64,000 nucleotides of DNA. Source: a virus. Position numbers and translations under genes: made by a program. Positions 10,655-20,747 of the stretch are shown in pieces (positions within the stretch are counted from its first letter, which is position 1; each line of letters starts with the position of its first letter). The notes under the pieces were generated by a model. The model did no database searches. It was not told where the DNA came from and worked only from the letters and a program-made list of their open reading frames with translations. The stretch is taken from IMG/VR virus record IMGVR_UViG_3300023116_008583, positions 1 through 64,000 of that record. One strand, written 5' to 3'.

Positions 10655-11347
10655 ATGAAGAAGCGCTTTCAACCAAAGTACATCAAGAGGGGTCACGAGA
10701 GACGATCCGGTCTAGCACAGACAGGAGCTCACGGAACTTCTCACCGGATCGCCCCACCCGACGCGCACAGGTTAGGAAACTTACCCCAAGCGTGGCCGCG
10801 AACGGGCCAGACGGGCCAGTACACAGCTTCCATCATGGGACGTATGGGTGACGGATCTCTAGTCCACTACACCGACGAAGACAAGGAAGACTTCAAGAAG
10901 ATGGATGGCCCGCCCGGCAAAGCCGGAAACTACAAGACCTCCATGAAGCGCATATACATCAAGAAAGGCGGGGGCAAAGGCATGATCGGAGCTACCGGTA
11001 TACATGAGTCTAAGGAGCAAAGCATGGAAGAGCAAGCATTGAGAGAACTGATCCGAGAGATGATCCAGCATGAGATCACAGAGGCCCGCAAGAGAAAGAT
11101 GCCTGCAGATGTCGCTGCTTACTCAGTTGAGCTCATGGATGAGGACGAGGAAGAGAACGAGGAAGATCGCCAGGACATGGATGAGTTTTCCGGTTCCGCT
11201 GCCGTTGCTGGATACTCCCTGCCTTTGGGTGCGTCTAACCATCCCTCCACGCTGAAGTCTCGCGGGGAGTTCACAGCTAAGATGTATGGTGGCCGTCCCG
11301 TGAAGTTGAACGCCCGCATCTTGGCCCGCCAAAGAAACGAAAAATAA
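10655..11347 (+). CDS. Hypothetical, probable virion/internal protein
   Basis: ALRELIREMIQHEITE motif, acidic tract, DEFSGSAAVAGYSLPLG tail. Confidence 0.55.
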   Translation: MKKRFQPKYIKRGHERRSGLAQTGAHGTSHRIAPPDAHRLGNLPQAWPRTGQTGQYTASIMGRMGDGSLVHYTDEDKEDFKKMDGPPGKAGNYKTSMKRIYIKKGGGKGMIGATGIHESKEQSMEEQALRELIREMIQHEITEARKRKMPADVAAYSVELMDEDEEENEEDRQDMDEFSGSAAVAGYSLPLGASNHPSTLKSRGEFTAKMYGGRPVKLNARILARQRNEK

Positions 11348-11359
11348 TTACAGTCTCCC

Positions 11360-11388
11360 TTGAACATCTGCGATTTTGTGTGTAAATT
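11360..11388 (+). promoter_or_regulatory. Possible sigma70-like promoter TTGAAC-N17-TAAATT
   Basis: Intergenic, upstream of the AGGAG RBS of the SSB gene; same -35 at 26948. Confidence 0.4.
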
Positions 11389-11424
11389 TACTACATACAA
11401 ACTGCCAGAAATAAGGAGACAAAA

Positions 11425-12228
11425 ATGGCACTTGATTTTGATGCAATTCGACGTAAGGTCGCACAGCTCTCTGGGAACGGTCCTAAGAGAAGCTCGATCT
11501 TTTGGCGTCCCGATGAGGGCGAATACACCATTCGCTTGCTGCCGTGGAAAGATTCCGACGGCCAACCTTTCAAGGAGCGCTGGTTCTACTACAACATCGG
11601 TGAGAATCGCGGTATCCTCGCACCCAAGCAGTTCGGTAAGCCTGATCCCATCCAGGAGCTGATCAACAAGCTGCGTGACGACGGTACCCCTGAGTCTGCT
11701 GAGCTGTGTAAGCGCCTGTATCCCAAGATGCGTGCTTATGCCCCTGTTGTGGTTCGAGGTGAAGAAGACAAGGGTACTCAACTCTGGTCCTTCGGTAAGC
11801 GTGTCTACCAGGATCTGCTTTCTATCATGCTTGATCCCGATTATGGAGACATCACCGATCCTTTGGAGGGTCGTGATGTAAAAGTTACCATCACCAAGCA
11901 GCCAGGTCAAAATTGGGCCACCACTACAGTTATGCCTCGCGGGAAGCAAACGCAACTGACTAATGATGACACACAAACCCAGAATTTGCTGGACAGTCTT
12001 CCGGACCTCGATGAGCTGTATAGTCTCGAGTCCTACGAAGAGATTGAGAAGAAGGTGAATGACTGGCTCAATGGATCCTCCTCAGACGGAACCGAGCAGA
12101 CCACGACGACCACCACAACCAATACTACGACGACTGATACCACAACCACCAGTCAGAAGAGTACGCAAGAAGAGGGTAAGCAATACACTTCTCTTGATGA
12201 AGCATTTGCCGATCTTCTAGAAGGTTGA
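11425..12228 (+). CDS. Single-stranded DNA-binding protein (T4 gp32-like)
   Basis: FWRP..IRLLP..PFKERWFYY..DYGDITDP..GRDVKV; Thr-rich linker; acidic C-tail LDEAFADLLEG; next to recA. Confidence 0.8.
   Translation: MALDFDAIRRKVAQLSGNGPKRSSIFWRPDEGEYTIRLLPWKDSDGQPFKERWFYYNIGENRGILAPKQFGKPDPIQELINKLRDDGTPESAELCKRLYPKMRAYAPVVVRGEEDKGTQLWSFGKRVYQDLLSIMLDPDYGDITDPLEGRDVKVTITKQPGQNWATTTVMPRGKQTQLTNDDTQTQNLLDSLPDLDELYSLESYEEIEKKVNDWLNGSSSDGTEQTTTTTTTNTTTTDTTTTSQKSTQEEGKQYTSLDEAFADLLEG
12098..12150 (+). repeat. Low-complexity ACN codon run (poly-Thr linker in SSB)
   Basis: TTTTTTTNTTTTDTTTT encoded with mixed codons. Confidence 0.7.
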
Positions 12229-12236
12229 GGTGACGT

Positions 12237-13421
12237 ATGGCGAGAAAAAAGACTGCAAAGAGCCCAGAGACTGATGACTTCACCTCTGACTTGATTAAAT
12301 CTCTTAACAAGGATCACGGTAGTCGTATCGCCTACAATCTCAGCGTTGATGAGTCTCCAACACACGTAAAGGCTTGGGTCTCTACTGGAATTCGCCAACT
12401 TGATTACATTGTTGCTAATCGAAAAAGGGGTGGTCTTCCTTGCGGAAGAATTGTAGAGATCTTTGGTCCACCTTCGATCGGTAAGTCCCACATTGCCCTC
12501 CAAATCGCCCGCAATACGCAGGCGATGGGGGGTATTGTGGTTTACATCGACACCGAGAACGGGACGTCTGTTGAGAACTTAGGGCTGCTTGGAATTGATG
12601 TTTCTAAGCGTTTCGTCTTTATTGAGACTGCGTGCACCGAAGAAGTATTTGAGGTCGCTGAGTCAACGATTACAAAAGCGCGTGGATTGAACAAGGATGT
12701 TCCTATCACTATTGTTTGGGACTCCGTTGCAGCCTCCTCACCAAAAGCTGAGTTGACAGGTGACTATGACAAAGATACGATCGGGCTTCAGGCACGCTCT
12801 ATTTCCAGGGGCATGAGAAAGATTACTCAAGTTATTGGAAATACTAATACTCTTTTCATATGCCTTAACCAAACACGCACCAAGATCGGTGTCATGTACG
12901 GAGATCCTACTACGACTCCAGGTGGCATGGCAATTCCTTTTCACTCTTCTACCCGAATTAAGTTGGGTGCTGGTTCTCCAATCAAGAACAAGAAGGGTGA
13001 TGTCGTAGGAATCAATGTATCTGCAAAGACGATCAAGAATAAGGTTGCACCTCCATTTAGGTCTTGCCAGTTCGAGATTCACTTCGGCGTAGGTGTCAAA
13101 GAGCATGAGCAGATAACTGACTTGCTTAGATCTTCAGCTGATGTTACCACAAAAGGAAACACATATTCTGTTGAAGGTGCCGGTGCCTGGAAGACTCTTA
13201 CTGTGTCTGACGCCAAAACAGGTGAAGTCAAGGTTGAGAAAAAATTCACAAAGAGCGGCATGGAAGACCTTTTGAATGACCCTGAGTATGCTAAGCACAT
13301 TGAAGTAATGCTTGAAGAGATTCTTGTAAAGCGTTTTAAAGACAATCAAGAAGTTGATACAAATTCTTATGAAGAAGTAAGATCTATCGCAATGGATCTT
13401 GCTGAGGATGAGTTAAATTGA
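12237..13421 (+). CDS. recA: RecA/UvsX recombinase
   Basis: GLPCGRIVEIFGPPSIGKS Walker A; YIDTE; WDSVAA; IGLQAR; TTPGG; KNKVAPPF. Confidence 0.95.
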   Translation: MARKKTAKSPETDDFTSDLIKSLNKDHGSRIAYNLSVDESPTHVKAWVSTGIRQLDYIVANRKRGGLPCGRIVEIFGPPSIGKSHIALQIARNTQAMGGIVVYIDTENGTSVENLGLLGIDVSKRFVFIETACTEEVFEVAESTITKARGLNKDVPITIVWDSVAASSPKAELTGDYDKDTIGLQARSISRGMRKITQVIGNTNTLFICLNQTRTKIGVMYGDPTTTPGGMAIPFHSSTRIKLGAGSPIKNKKGDVVGINVSAKTIKNKVAPPFRSCQFEIHFGVGVKEHEQITDLLRSSADVTTKGNTYSVEGAGAWKTLTVSDAKTGEVKVEKKFTKSGMEDLLNDPEYAKHIEVMLEEILVKRFKDNQEVDTNSYEEVRSIAMDLAEDELN

Positions 13422-13882
13422 GTCTGAATATTAAAGTTAAGAAAGCACACCCGTCGGCGGTTATTCCAACTCAAAATTACGGTGATGTGGGCTGGGACCT
13501 TTATGCAGTGGAAAATTGCATTATTCCTCCAGGAGAGTCTCGTCAAATTAAGACAGGCTTGGTTCTTGCCGAAACTCCCTATGACAATGATATCCATAAA
13601 GTGATCCTGCTAAAGATTGAGGGAAGATCAGGACTAGCACTTAAGCATTCTGTATTTCCTGTGGGTGGAATTGTTGATCCATACTACAGGGGTGAGATCT
13701 GCCCAATTCTTTACAATGGCGGAAAAGAAGATTATAGCGTAAGCACGGGTGATCGCGTCGCTCAGATCGTTGTTTACGCTGTGCATGCTAAAACGCTGTC
13801 ATCTACCACATCATTTATGGAAGCTGATATCGTAAGGCCGACAAAAAGATCTGACAAGGGATTCGGTTCTTCAGGCAAATAA
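13418..13882 (+). CDS. dut: Trimeric dUTPase
   Basis: GWDLYA, GRSGLA, GIVDPYYRGE, GDRVAQ, RSDKGFGSSG (motifs 1-5). Confidence 0.92.
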   Translation: MSLNIKVKKAHPSAVIPTQNYGDVGWDLYAVENCIIPPGESRQIKTGLVLAETPYDNDIHKVILLKIEGRSGLALKHSVFPVGGIVDPYYRGEICPILYNGGKEDYSVSTGDRVAQIVVYAVHAKTLSSTTSFMEADIVRPTKRSDKGFGSSGK

Positions 13883-13883
13883 A

Positions 13884-14828
13884 ATGAATGACACTGTTCT
13901 TGTACTAGACTGCATGAACATCTTCATTAGATGTTATGCGGCAAATCCTAAAATGTCTTCGCATGGCCATCATATAGGTGGGACTGTAGGGTTTCTTAAG
14001 ACTTTGCGAGGAGTTTGTAATAAGTTTTCCCCGACTAAGATTATTGCTGTTTGGGAAGGGGGAGGATCTTCTAGAAGAAGATCAATTCATCCCGCGTATA
14101 AAAAAGGTAAAAAGCCCAAAAGAATGAACAGGTTCTATGGGGATGATATACCTGATTCTGAAAAGAATAAAAATTACCAGATTGCATCTCTAATCTCCCT
14201 GCTTAAGAAACTACCTATATGTCAAGTATATGTTGGCGACTGTGAGTGCGATGATGTCATCGGCTATCTTTGTAAGTACGCTTTACGAGATGAAAACAAA
14301 GTCATCATATCATCGGATCAAGATTACTACCAGTTGCTAAATGATAAAACTAAAATATACAGACTCGGCAAAAAAGAGATTGTTGAAGCTGAAGATGTCG
14401 TTGACTTAACAGGTGTATCTTGCGAGAATTACTGCCTAGCAAAGTGCCTGGTGGGAGATAGCTCTGATAACATTGACGGGATTAAGGGTGCAGGGTTTAA
14501 GTCAGTCGCTAAGAGATTTCCTATTTTAGCAACAAGCGAAGAAGCAACTTTGATGGAAATTTTTGATGCTGCTTCTGCGAACACAGATAAGAAAATTAAG
14601 CTGTACAGAGAGATAGTTGATAATTTTGATATCGTGAAAAGAAATTGGCGTCTGATATATTTAGATACGAATAATCTATCGGCAGGCCAAATGGATCAAA
14701 TCAATCACATAATAGATACATTTGAGCCTTCTAGAAATAAGATTACATTGATGAGAGAGCTGATCAAAATGGGCATTCAAAATTTGGATGTCGAAGGCCT
14801 CTTATTAAGCATGATTTACGTAAAGTAA
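13884..14828 (+). CDS. 5'-3' exonuclease/flap endonuclease (PolI-N / T4 RNase H-like)
   Basis: LDCMN, YKKGK, ECDDVIG, SSDQDYYQL, GDSSDNIDGIKGAG. Confidence 0.9.
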   Translation: MNDTVLVLDCMNIFIRCYAANPKMSSHGHHIGGTVGFLKTLRGVCNKFSPTKIIAVWEGGGSSRRRSIHPAYKKGKKPKRMNRFYGDDIPDSEKNKNYQIASLISLLKKLPICQVYVGDCECDDVIGYLCKYALRDENKVIISSDQDYYQLLNDKTKIYRLGKKEIVEAEDVVDLTGVSCENYCLAKCLVGDSSDNIDGIKGAGFKSVAKRFPILATSEEATLMEIFDAASANTDKKIKLYREIVDNFDIVKRNWRLIYLDTNNLSAGQMDQINHIIDTFEPSRNKITLMRELIKMGIQNLDVEGLLLSMIYVK

Positions 14829-14842
14829 AAGGAGTAAGATAC

Positions 14843-16252
14843 GTGTCTTACGATGATTCGAGTGTCTCTTTTGGAAGTTACGGCAAGGCCTTCCAAGAAA
14901 AAATCGTTCAAGGATTGTTAACAGATAGGCTTTGGGCAGAACAGATGTCTGAAGTTATTAATGTTGATTTCTTTGACTTGAAATATCTTAAGTTTTTGGC
15001 CGATAGATACTTTAAGTACCACACAAAATACAAAGATTTTCCTACACTCCAATTGCTTGTGTCGATTATACGAGACGATTTGAAAACAGGAAATGATACA
15101 GTTCTTCGTGACCAAATAATTGAGTACTTACAAAGAATCAGGCACAACCCAGACATGGGTGATCTTGAATACGTCAAGGACAAAGCTCTCGATTTTTGCA
15201 GGAAGCAAGCTTTTAGAGGTGCACTTGAGCAAGCTGTAGATCTCATTCAGACAGATAAGTTTGACTCTGTTATGGATCTCATGCGAAGTGCCCTCGCTGT
15301 TGGAACTACCCCTTCAATTGGTCACGATCTTTTTGAAGATATGGATGCACGCTTTGTAAGAGTTAGTCGACATCCTGTCCCCACAGGACTTGAAGCGCTG
15401 GATCAAAAAGGTATCTTAAATGGGGGCTTAGGCCGAGGAGAGATTGGTGTGATTACCGCTCCAACAGGTGTAGGTAAGTCACATATGCTTGTTAATCTTG
15501 GCGCAGCCGCTGTTAAAAAAGGTAAGAATGTTATTCACTACACTTTTGAACTTACCGAAAACGCAACAGGCTTAAGGTATGATTCAAACATCTGCATGAT
15601 TCCATCGAACGAAGTTCCAGAGAGATCTGAAGAAGTAAGAGAAGCATACTCAGAAATGGAAGGTTTGGGCAGAATCATAATCAAGGAATATCCAACAGGT
15701 ACTGCTACAGTCCAAACTCTTAGGTCGCACATTGAAAAGCTTTCCTTAAAAGGATTTATTCCTGATCTTCTCGTGATCGATTATGCAGATATTATGAGAT
15801 CATCACGGCAATATGAATCTATGCGGCATGAGCTTAAAAAAGTCTATGAAGATCTTCGTAACTTGGCGATGGAGAAAAACATCCCGATCTGGACTGCTTC
15901 TCAAAGCAATAGAGATAGCGCATCTTCTGATATTGTAGGTCTCGAAAACATGTCAGAATCATACGGAAAAGCTCAAGTCGCTGATGTTGTTGTTTCGATC
16001 TCAAGAAAGCCTGCTGAAAAAGCTTCCGGCTTAGGCAGGCTTTATATCGCGAAGAACAGAGCTGGTCGAGACGGAATACTGTTTCCCATCAAGCTAAACA
16101 CTGCTATGTCTATGTTCTCTGTTATTGAAAATGCTGATGAGATGACTCTTGAAGAAGCAAAAGATAAGAATGAAACTGACATAAAAAAGGTTTTGCAACA
16201 AAAGTGGAAACAAGTCAGTAAAAGAGAAAACAAAACCAGCGAAAAGCAATAA
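14843..16252 (+). CDS. Replicative DnaB/gp41-like helicase
   Basis: APTGVGKS Walker A; IDYAD; WTASQSNR; KNRAGRDG. Confidence 0.9.
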   Translation: MSYDDSSVSFGSYGKAFQEKIVQGLLTDRLWAEQMSEVINVDFFDLKYLKFLADRYFKYHTKYKDFPTLQLLVSIIRDDLKTGNDTVLRDQIIEYLQRIRHNPDMGDLEYVKDKALDFCRKQAFRGALEQAVDLIQTDKFDSVMDLMRSALAVGTTPSIGHDLFEDMDARFVRVSRHPVPTGLEALDQKGILNGGLGRGEIGVITAPTGVGKSHMLVNLGAAAVKKGKNVIHYTFELTENATGLRYDSNICMIPSNEVPERSEEVREAYSEMEGLGRIIIKEYPTGTATVQTLRSHIEKLSLKGFIPDLLVIDYADIMRSSRQYESMRHELKKVYEDLRNLAMEKNIPIWTASQSNRDSASSDIVGLENMSESYGKAQVADVVVSISRKPAEKASGLGRLYIAKNRAGRDGILFPIKLNTAMSMFSVIENADEMTLEEAKDKNETDIKKVLQQKWKQVSKRENKTSEKQ

Positions 16253-16282
16253 TGTAAAAAATAATTATAACCAGGAAGAAAA

Positions 16283-18751
16283 ATGGCAAATTATAATGAA
16301 GTTTTTGAGAAGTCTTTAGAGTATTTTAGTGGCGACGAGCTTGCTGCTTCCGTCTTTGCTACGAAGTATGCATTGCAGGACAATCAAGGAAATTACCTTG
16401 AGTCCACGCCTGATGAGATGCACAAGAGGATTGCGAAGGAATTTGCTAGAATAGAAGCAAAGTATCCTAATCCAATGAGCGAAGATGAGATTTATGATCT
16501 TCTCAAGAATTTTAAGTATGTTGTTCCGCAAGGCTCACCCATGTCAGGTATCGGTAACACACACCAGATCCAGTCTTTGTCTAATTGCTTTGTTGTAGAC
16601 TCACCCCAAGACTCTTATGGTGGAATCTTAAAGACAGATCAAGAGCAGGTTCAGATCATGAAGCGCCGCGGAGGTGTTGGATTTGATATCTCGTCCATCC
16701 GACCGCACGGTTTGCGTACCTCTAACGCTGCAAAGACAACTGATGGCATCGGTGTTTTCATGGAGCGTTTCTCTAACTCTTGCCGAGAGGTGGCGCAGGG
16801 AGGTCGTAGAGGCGCTCTCATGCTCACTATCTCAATTCATCACCCAGACATCGAGACCTTTATTAATATCAAGCGTGATCTATCGAAGGTGACAGGTGCG
16901 AATATCTCCGTCAGGCTATCTGATGAGTTTATGACCGCAGTTGAGAACAATGAAGATTATGAGCTTCGTTTCCCTGTTGATGCTACCGGAGATGATAAGG
17001 TTGTCACCAGAACAGCTTCAGCTGCAGATATCTGGAATCAGATCATTGAGTCTGCACACGGATCTGCTGAGCCAGGCCTTCTTTTCTGGGATAATGTTCT
17101 AAACTATACACCTGCTCAAATTTATAAGGATGATGGTTTTCACACAATCAGCACAAATCCTTGTAGCGAAATTACTCTTTCAGCTTACGATAGCTGCCGC
17201 TTACTTCTTTTGAATACGACTTCTTTTGTCAATAATGCTTTTACAAAGAAAGCAGAATTTGATTACGACCTTTTCCGAGAGGTCGCAGGAAAAGCCCAGC
17301 GTCTCATGGACGATCTGATTGATCTTGAGATTGAGTGTGTTGATAAGATAATCAATAAGATTGAAGCTGATCCCGAAGGAGATGAAGTCAAAAGAAATGA
17401 ACTCCTTTTGTGGCGAAAGATTAAAGAGGTTGCTCAAGCCGGTCGAAGAACAGGTTTGGGTGTGACAGGAATCGGAGACACCTTGGCTATGCTTGGTGCA
17501 AAGTATGGCTCTAAGAAGTCTATCAAGCTGACTGAGAAAATTTATAGCACTTTGGCTATCGGATCCTACGAGTCTTCTTGTCATATGGCTACAGAAAGAG
17601 GCGCATTCCCTGTTTACGACTTTGACAAGGAAGAAGGTCACCCATTTATGGAGAGGCTTTTTGAAGCTGCGCCAGAGCTTCGAGAATTGCACAGAGATCA
17701 CGGTAGGAGAAATATTGCATTAACTACCACCGCTCCTTGCGGAAGCGTTTCTGTGCTTACCCAGACAACATCGGGTATTGAGCCTGCTTTCATGCTAAAA
17801 TACACACGCAGAAAGAAGATAAACTCAAACGATCCAGATGCTACTCCTGATTTTGTAGATGATCTCGGAGATAAGTGGCAAGAATTTGATGTGTATCATC
17901 ATGGGTTCAAGCAGTGGATGGATGCGACAGGGCTGACTGAGATTGAAGATAGTCCATACGCAGAAGCAACTGCAAATGAAATTAATTGGGAGTCTGCTGT
18001 AGACTTACAAGCCGCCGCCCAGCGATGGGTGTGTCACGCAATTAGCAAGACTATTAATCTTCCGAACGATGTGTCAGTTGATGATGTGAAAAAAGTTTAC
18101 TGGCGTGGCTGGAAGAAAGGCTTGAAGGGTGTGACAGTTTACAGAGATGGTTCTCGATCTGGCGTTCTTGTTTCAAGCGATACCAAGCCAAATGATGATG
18201 CTTTCTCTGAGACTCCAGCACCTAAGCGTCCTGATCTTCTAGACTGTGATATTCATCAGACTTCCATCAAAGGTGAAAAGTGGACAATTCTTGTTGGCCT
18301 CATGGATGGCAAGCCCTACGAGGTTTTTGGTGGCTTAGCCAATAAGATTGAGATTCCCAGGTACTATAAAGATGGAACTCTGACAAAGAGAGTTCGAAAG
18401 ACAAAGAACTCTAAGTACGACCTTAGGTTTGGGCACGCGACAGATGAGTTTTGCATCAAGGATGTCGTGGAAGTGTTTGACAACCCAACACACTCAGCTT
18501 TTACAAGAACTATCTCTCTTGCTCTTCGTCACGGCGCGCCAGTCTCCTTTATGGTTGAACAACTTCAGAAGGATAGAGATACTGATTTCTCATCTTTCTC
18601 TCGAGTAATTGCAAGAGTTCTTAAGAATTATATTGCGGATGGTACAGCAGCAAGCGAAGAAGTTTGTGAAAACTGTGGCGCGGAAGGATCTTTGATCTAT
18701 CAAGAAGGATGCGTCACATGTAAATCCTGCGGACATGGAAAGTGCGGATAG
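16283..18751 (+). CDS. nrdJ: Class II (B12-dependent) ribonucleotide reductase
   Basis: SNCFV, RRGALM, TNPCSEI, APCGS, ISKTIN, YRDGSR; C-terminal TSCPD-like domain and Cys4 ribbon; no beta subunit nearby. Confidence 0.92.
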   Translation: MANYNEVFEKSLEYFSGDELAASVFATKYALQDNQGNYLESTPDEMHKRIAKEFARIEAKYPNPMSEDEIYDLLKNFKYVVPQGSPMSGIGNTHQIQSLSNCFVVDSPQDSYGGILKTDQEQVQIMKRRGGVGFDISSIRPHGLRTSNAAKTTDGIGVFMERFSNSCREVAQGGRRGALMLTISIHHPDIETFINIKRDLSKVTGANISVRLSDEFMTAVENNEDYELRFPVDATGDDKVVTRTASAADIWNQIIESAHGSAEPGLLFWDNVLNYTPAQIYKDDGFHTISTNPCSEITLSAYDSCRLLLLNTTSFVNNAFTKKAEFDYDLFREVAGKAQRLMDDLIDLEIECVDKIINKIEADPEGDEVKRNELLLWRKIKEVAQAGRRTGLGVTGIGDTLAMLGAKYGSKKSIKLTEKIYSTLAIGSYESSCHMATERGAFPVYDFDKEEGHPFMERLFEAAPELRELHRDHGRRNIALTTTAPCGSVSVLTQTTSGIEPAFMLKYTRRKKINSNDPDATPDFVDDLGDKWQEFDVYHHGFKQWMDATGLTEIEDSPYAEATANEINWESAVDLQAAAQRWVCHAISKTINLPNDVSVDDVKKVYWRGWKKGLKGVTVYRDGSRSGVLVSSDTKPNDDAFSETPAPKRPDLLDCDIHQTSIKGEKWTILVGLMDGKPYEVFGGLANKIEIPRYYKDGTLTKRVRKTKNSKYDLRFGHATDEFCIKDVVEVFDNPTHSAFTRTISLALRHGAPVSFMVEQLQKDRDTDFSSFSRVIARVLKNYIADGTAASEEVCENCGAEGSLIYQEGCVTCKSCGHGKCG

Positions 18752-18775
18752 TTATATCTGAGGAGATTTTTCAAA

Positions 18776-19381
18776 ATGAGAAAAACTATACAAATAGATG
18801 AAAAGATTAGCGAAGTCAAGCTAAGATACAATCCGATCATTATTACTGTCAATAATTTTGATGAGGATGCTGCTAGAAAATTTAGAGATGAAGTCAATGC
18901 TGCTCACAATACTGGGCAGCCTGTGATTCCTGTAGTTATTGCCTCATACGGTGGTGCAGTATACTCTCTTTTAAACATGATTGATACGATTGAAAGTGCA
19001 ACACTTCCAATTATGACGATCGCAGAAGGCAAGGCTATGTCATGCGGAGCTGTTCTTCTTTCTTGTGGCACCAAGGGATATCGATATGCTGCGCCCAACT
19101 CAACTATTATGATTCATGATGTTAGTTCTATGAGCAGTCGCCAAAAAGTGGAAGAGCTAAAAGCAGATGTTAATGAGTCGGATCGCTTGAATAACAAGAT
19201 TATGCGTCTTATGTCATCCAACTGCGGGAAAAGACCAGATTACTTCCTCAAAGAGATTCACAAGCGCGGAAGAGCAGACTGGTTTCTCGAAGCTGATGAG
19301 TGCCTAGAAATCGGCCTAGTTGATCACGTTGGCATGCCCGAAATGAAAATCTCAGTCGAAGTAGGTGTCGAAATAGAATAG
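18776..19381 (+). CDS. clpP: ClpP-family protease subunit
   Basis: SYGG, AMSCG (Ser), MIHD (His), DWFL (Asp), GLVD. Confidence 0.85.
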   Translation: MRKTIQIDEKISEVKLRYNPIIITVNNFDEDAARKFRDEVNAAHNTGQPVIPVVIASYGGAVYSLLNMIDTIESATLPIMTIAEGKAMSCGAVLLSCGTKGYRYAAPNSTIMIHDVSSMSSRQKVEELKADVNESDRLNNKIMRLMSSNCGKRPDYFLKEIHKRGRADWFLEADECLEIGLVDHVGMPEMKISVEVGVEIE

Positions 19382-19412
19382 TTAATAGATGTGCCTTTAA
19401 CGGAGAGTATCT

Positions 19413-20660
19413 ATGACAAAATCTGTGTTTCGTCAGGTTCCAAAAACTGGTGTTATTTTTACAACATCGTCGGCTATGAAGCTAGGCTTCTATCGCGGTC
19501 ATCCTGATTGGTGTAATTTCGGTCAAGGGCAGCCTGAGACTGGGTACTTAGAGGGTGGATTAGAGCGCATTAGCCACATTGATATCGATGAAGGTGATCA
19601 TGAGTATGCACCTGTCGGTGGGCTTCTTGAACTCCGCGAAGCCATCGCGAACATGTACAATGTTCTTTACCGAAAAAATAAGAAATCTAAATACACAGCA
19701 GAAAATGTCTCAATTGCCGGTGGAGGTAGAGCTATTTTAACCCGAGTGGTTGCCGCTCTTGACGCTATTAATTTAGGGCACTTTTTACCTGATTACACAG
19801 CCTATGAAGAGCTTTTGTCAACCTTTAAAGGTTTTAACACTATTCCAATCATGCTTGACCCTGATAACGGATACACGTTTTCTCACCAAGATTTAAGAAA
19901 AGAGATCCAGGGAAGAGGATTGGGCGCAGTACTTGTTTCAAATCCTTGCAACCCTACAGGTAAGACAATATCTGGAAGACACCTCAGAGAATGGATTAAA
20001 ACAGGAAGAGAGACAGGATGCTCTCTGATTATGGATGAGTTTTATAGCTCTTATGTTTGGGAAGGTGTCCCATCAGGAGAGACACTAAGTTGCTGCAAAT
20101 ACATCAATGATGTCAACAAAGACAATGTATTGATAGTTAACGGTCTCGGAAAAAACCAAAGATATCCAGGGTGGAGAATCGGGTGGGTAGTTGGTCCCAA
20201 AGATGTTATTAAGTCCATCAATAGCGCTGGTAGCTTCTTGGACGGTGGAGCTCCTCGCCCAATTCAAAGAGCAGCAGTATCTCTCGTAACGCCTGAAGCT
20301 GTGACTCAAGAGACACAGTCTATTCAGAAAGAGTTTAGACAGAAACGTCAAGTCATGATGGATGGACTCAGAAAAATAGGTGTAACATTTGACTGTGAGC
20401 CAGGTGGATCATTCTACTTATGGGGAAATGTATCAGCACTACCTGAGGGCTTAAACACTGGCATGGATTTCTTTCACGCTTGCTTAGAAAAGAAAGTGAT
20501 TGCTGTCCCAGGAGAGTTCTTTGATGTCAATCCAGGGAAAAGAATGAAGAATGCGGGATCAAGATTTAAAAATTATTTGAGATTCTCGTACGGCCCTGAC
20601 ATGGAGACTATTAATAAAGGCTTGGCGCGTCTCGAAGAGATGGTCCAGGAGAGAATTTAG
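19413..20660 (+). CDS. PLP-dependent aminotransferase class I/II
   Basis: GQGQPET, SNPCNPTG, MDEFY, GLGKNQRYPGWRIGW (PLP Lys), YLRFSY. Confidence 0.9.
   Translation: MTKSVFRQVPKTGVIFTTSSAMKLGFYRGHPDWCNFGQGQPETGYLEGGLERISHIDIDEGDHEYAPVGGLLELREAIANMYNVLYRKNKKSKYTAENVSIAGGGRAILTRVVAALDAINLGHFLPDYTAYEELLSTFKGFNTIPIMLDPDNGYTFSHQDLRKEIQGRGLGAVLVSNPCNPTGKTISGRHLREWIKTGRETGCSLIMDEFYSSYVWEGVPSGETLSCCKYINDVNKDNVLIVNGLGKNQRYPGWRIGWVVGPKDVIKSINSAGSFLDGGAPRPIQRAAVSLVTPEAVTQETQSIQKEFRQKRQVMMDGLRKIGVTFDCEPGGSFYLWGNVSALPEGLNTGMDFFHACLEKKVIAVPGEFFDVNPGKRMKNAGSRFKNYLRFSYGPDMETINKGLARLEEMVQERI
20564..20660 (+). repeat. Direct repeat copy 1 (aminotransferase 3' end)
   Basis: 97 nt, 83/97 identical to 21656-21752 by hand alignment. 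Confidence 0.9.
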
Positions 20661-20747
20661 TTTACGATTATTTTTCATTTTTATTCTCCCGCTCGGCAAT
20701 AATTAGAATGTGTTATTTCCAAAAACAACAAAAAAGGAGGATCAAAA

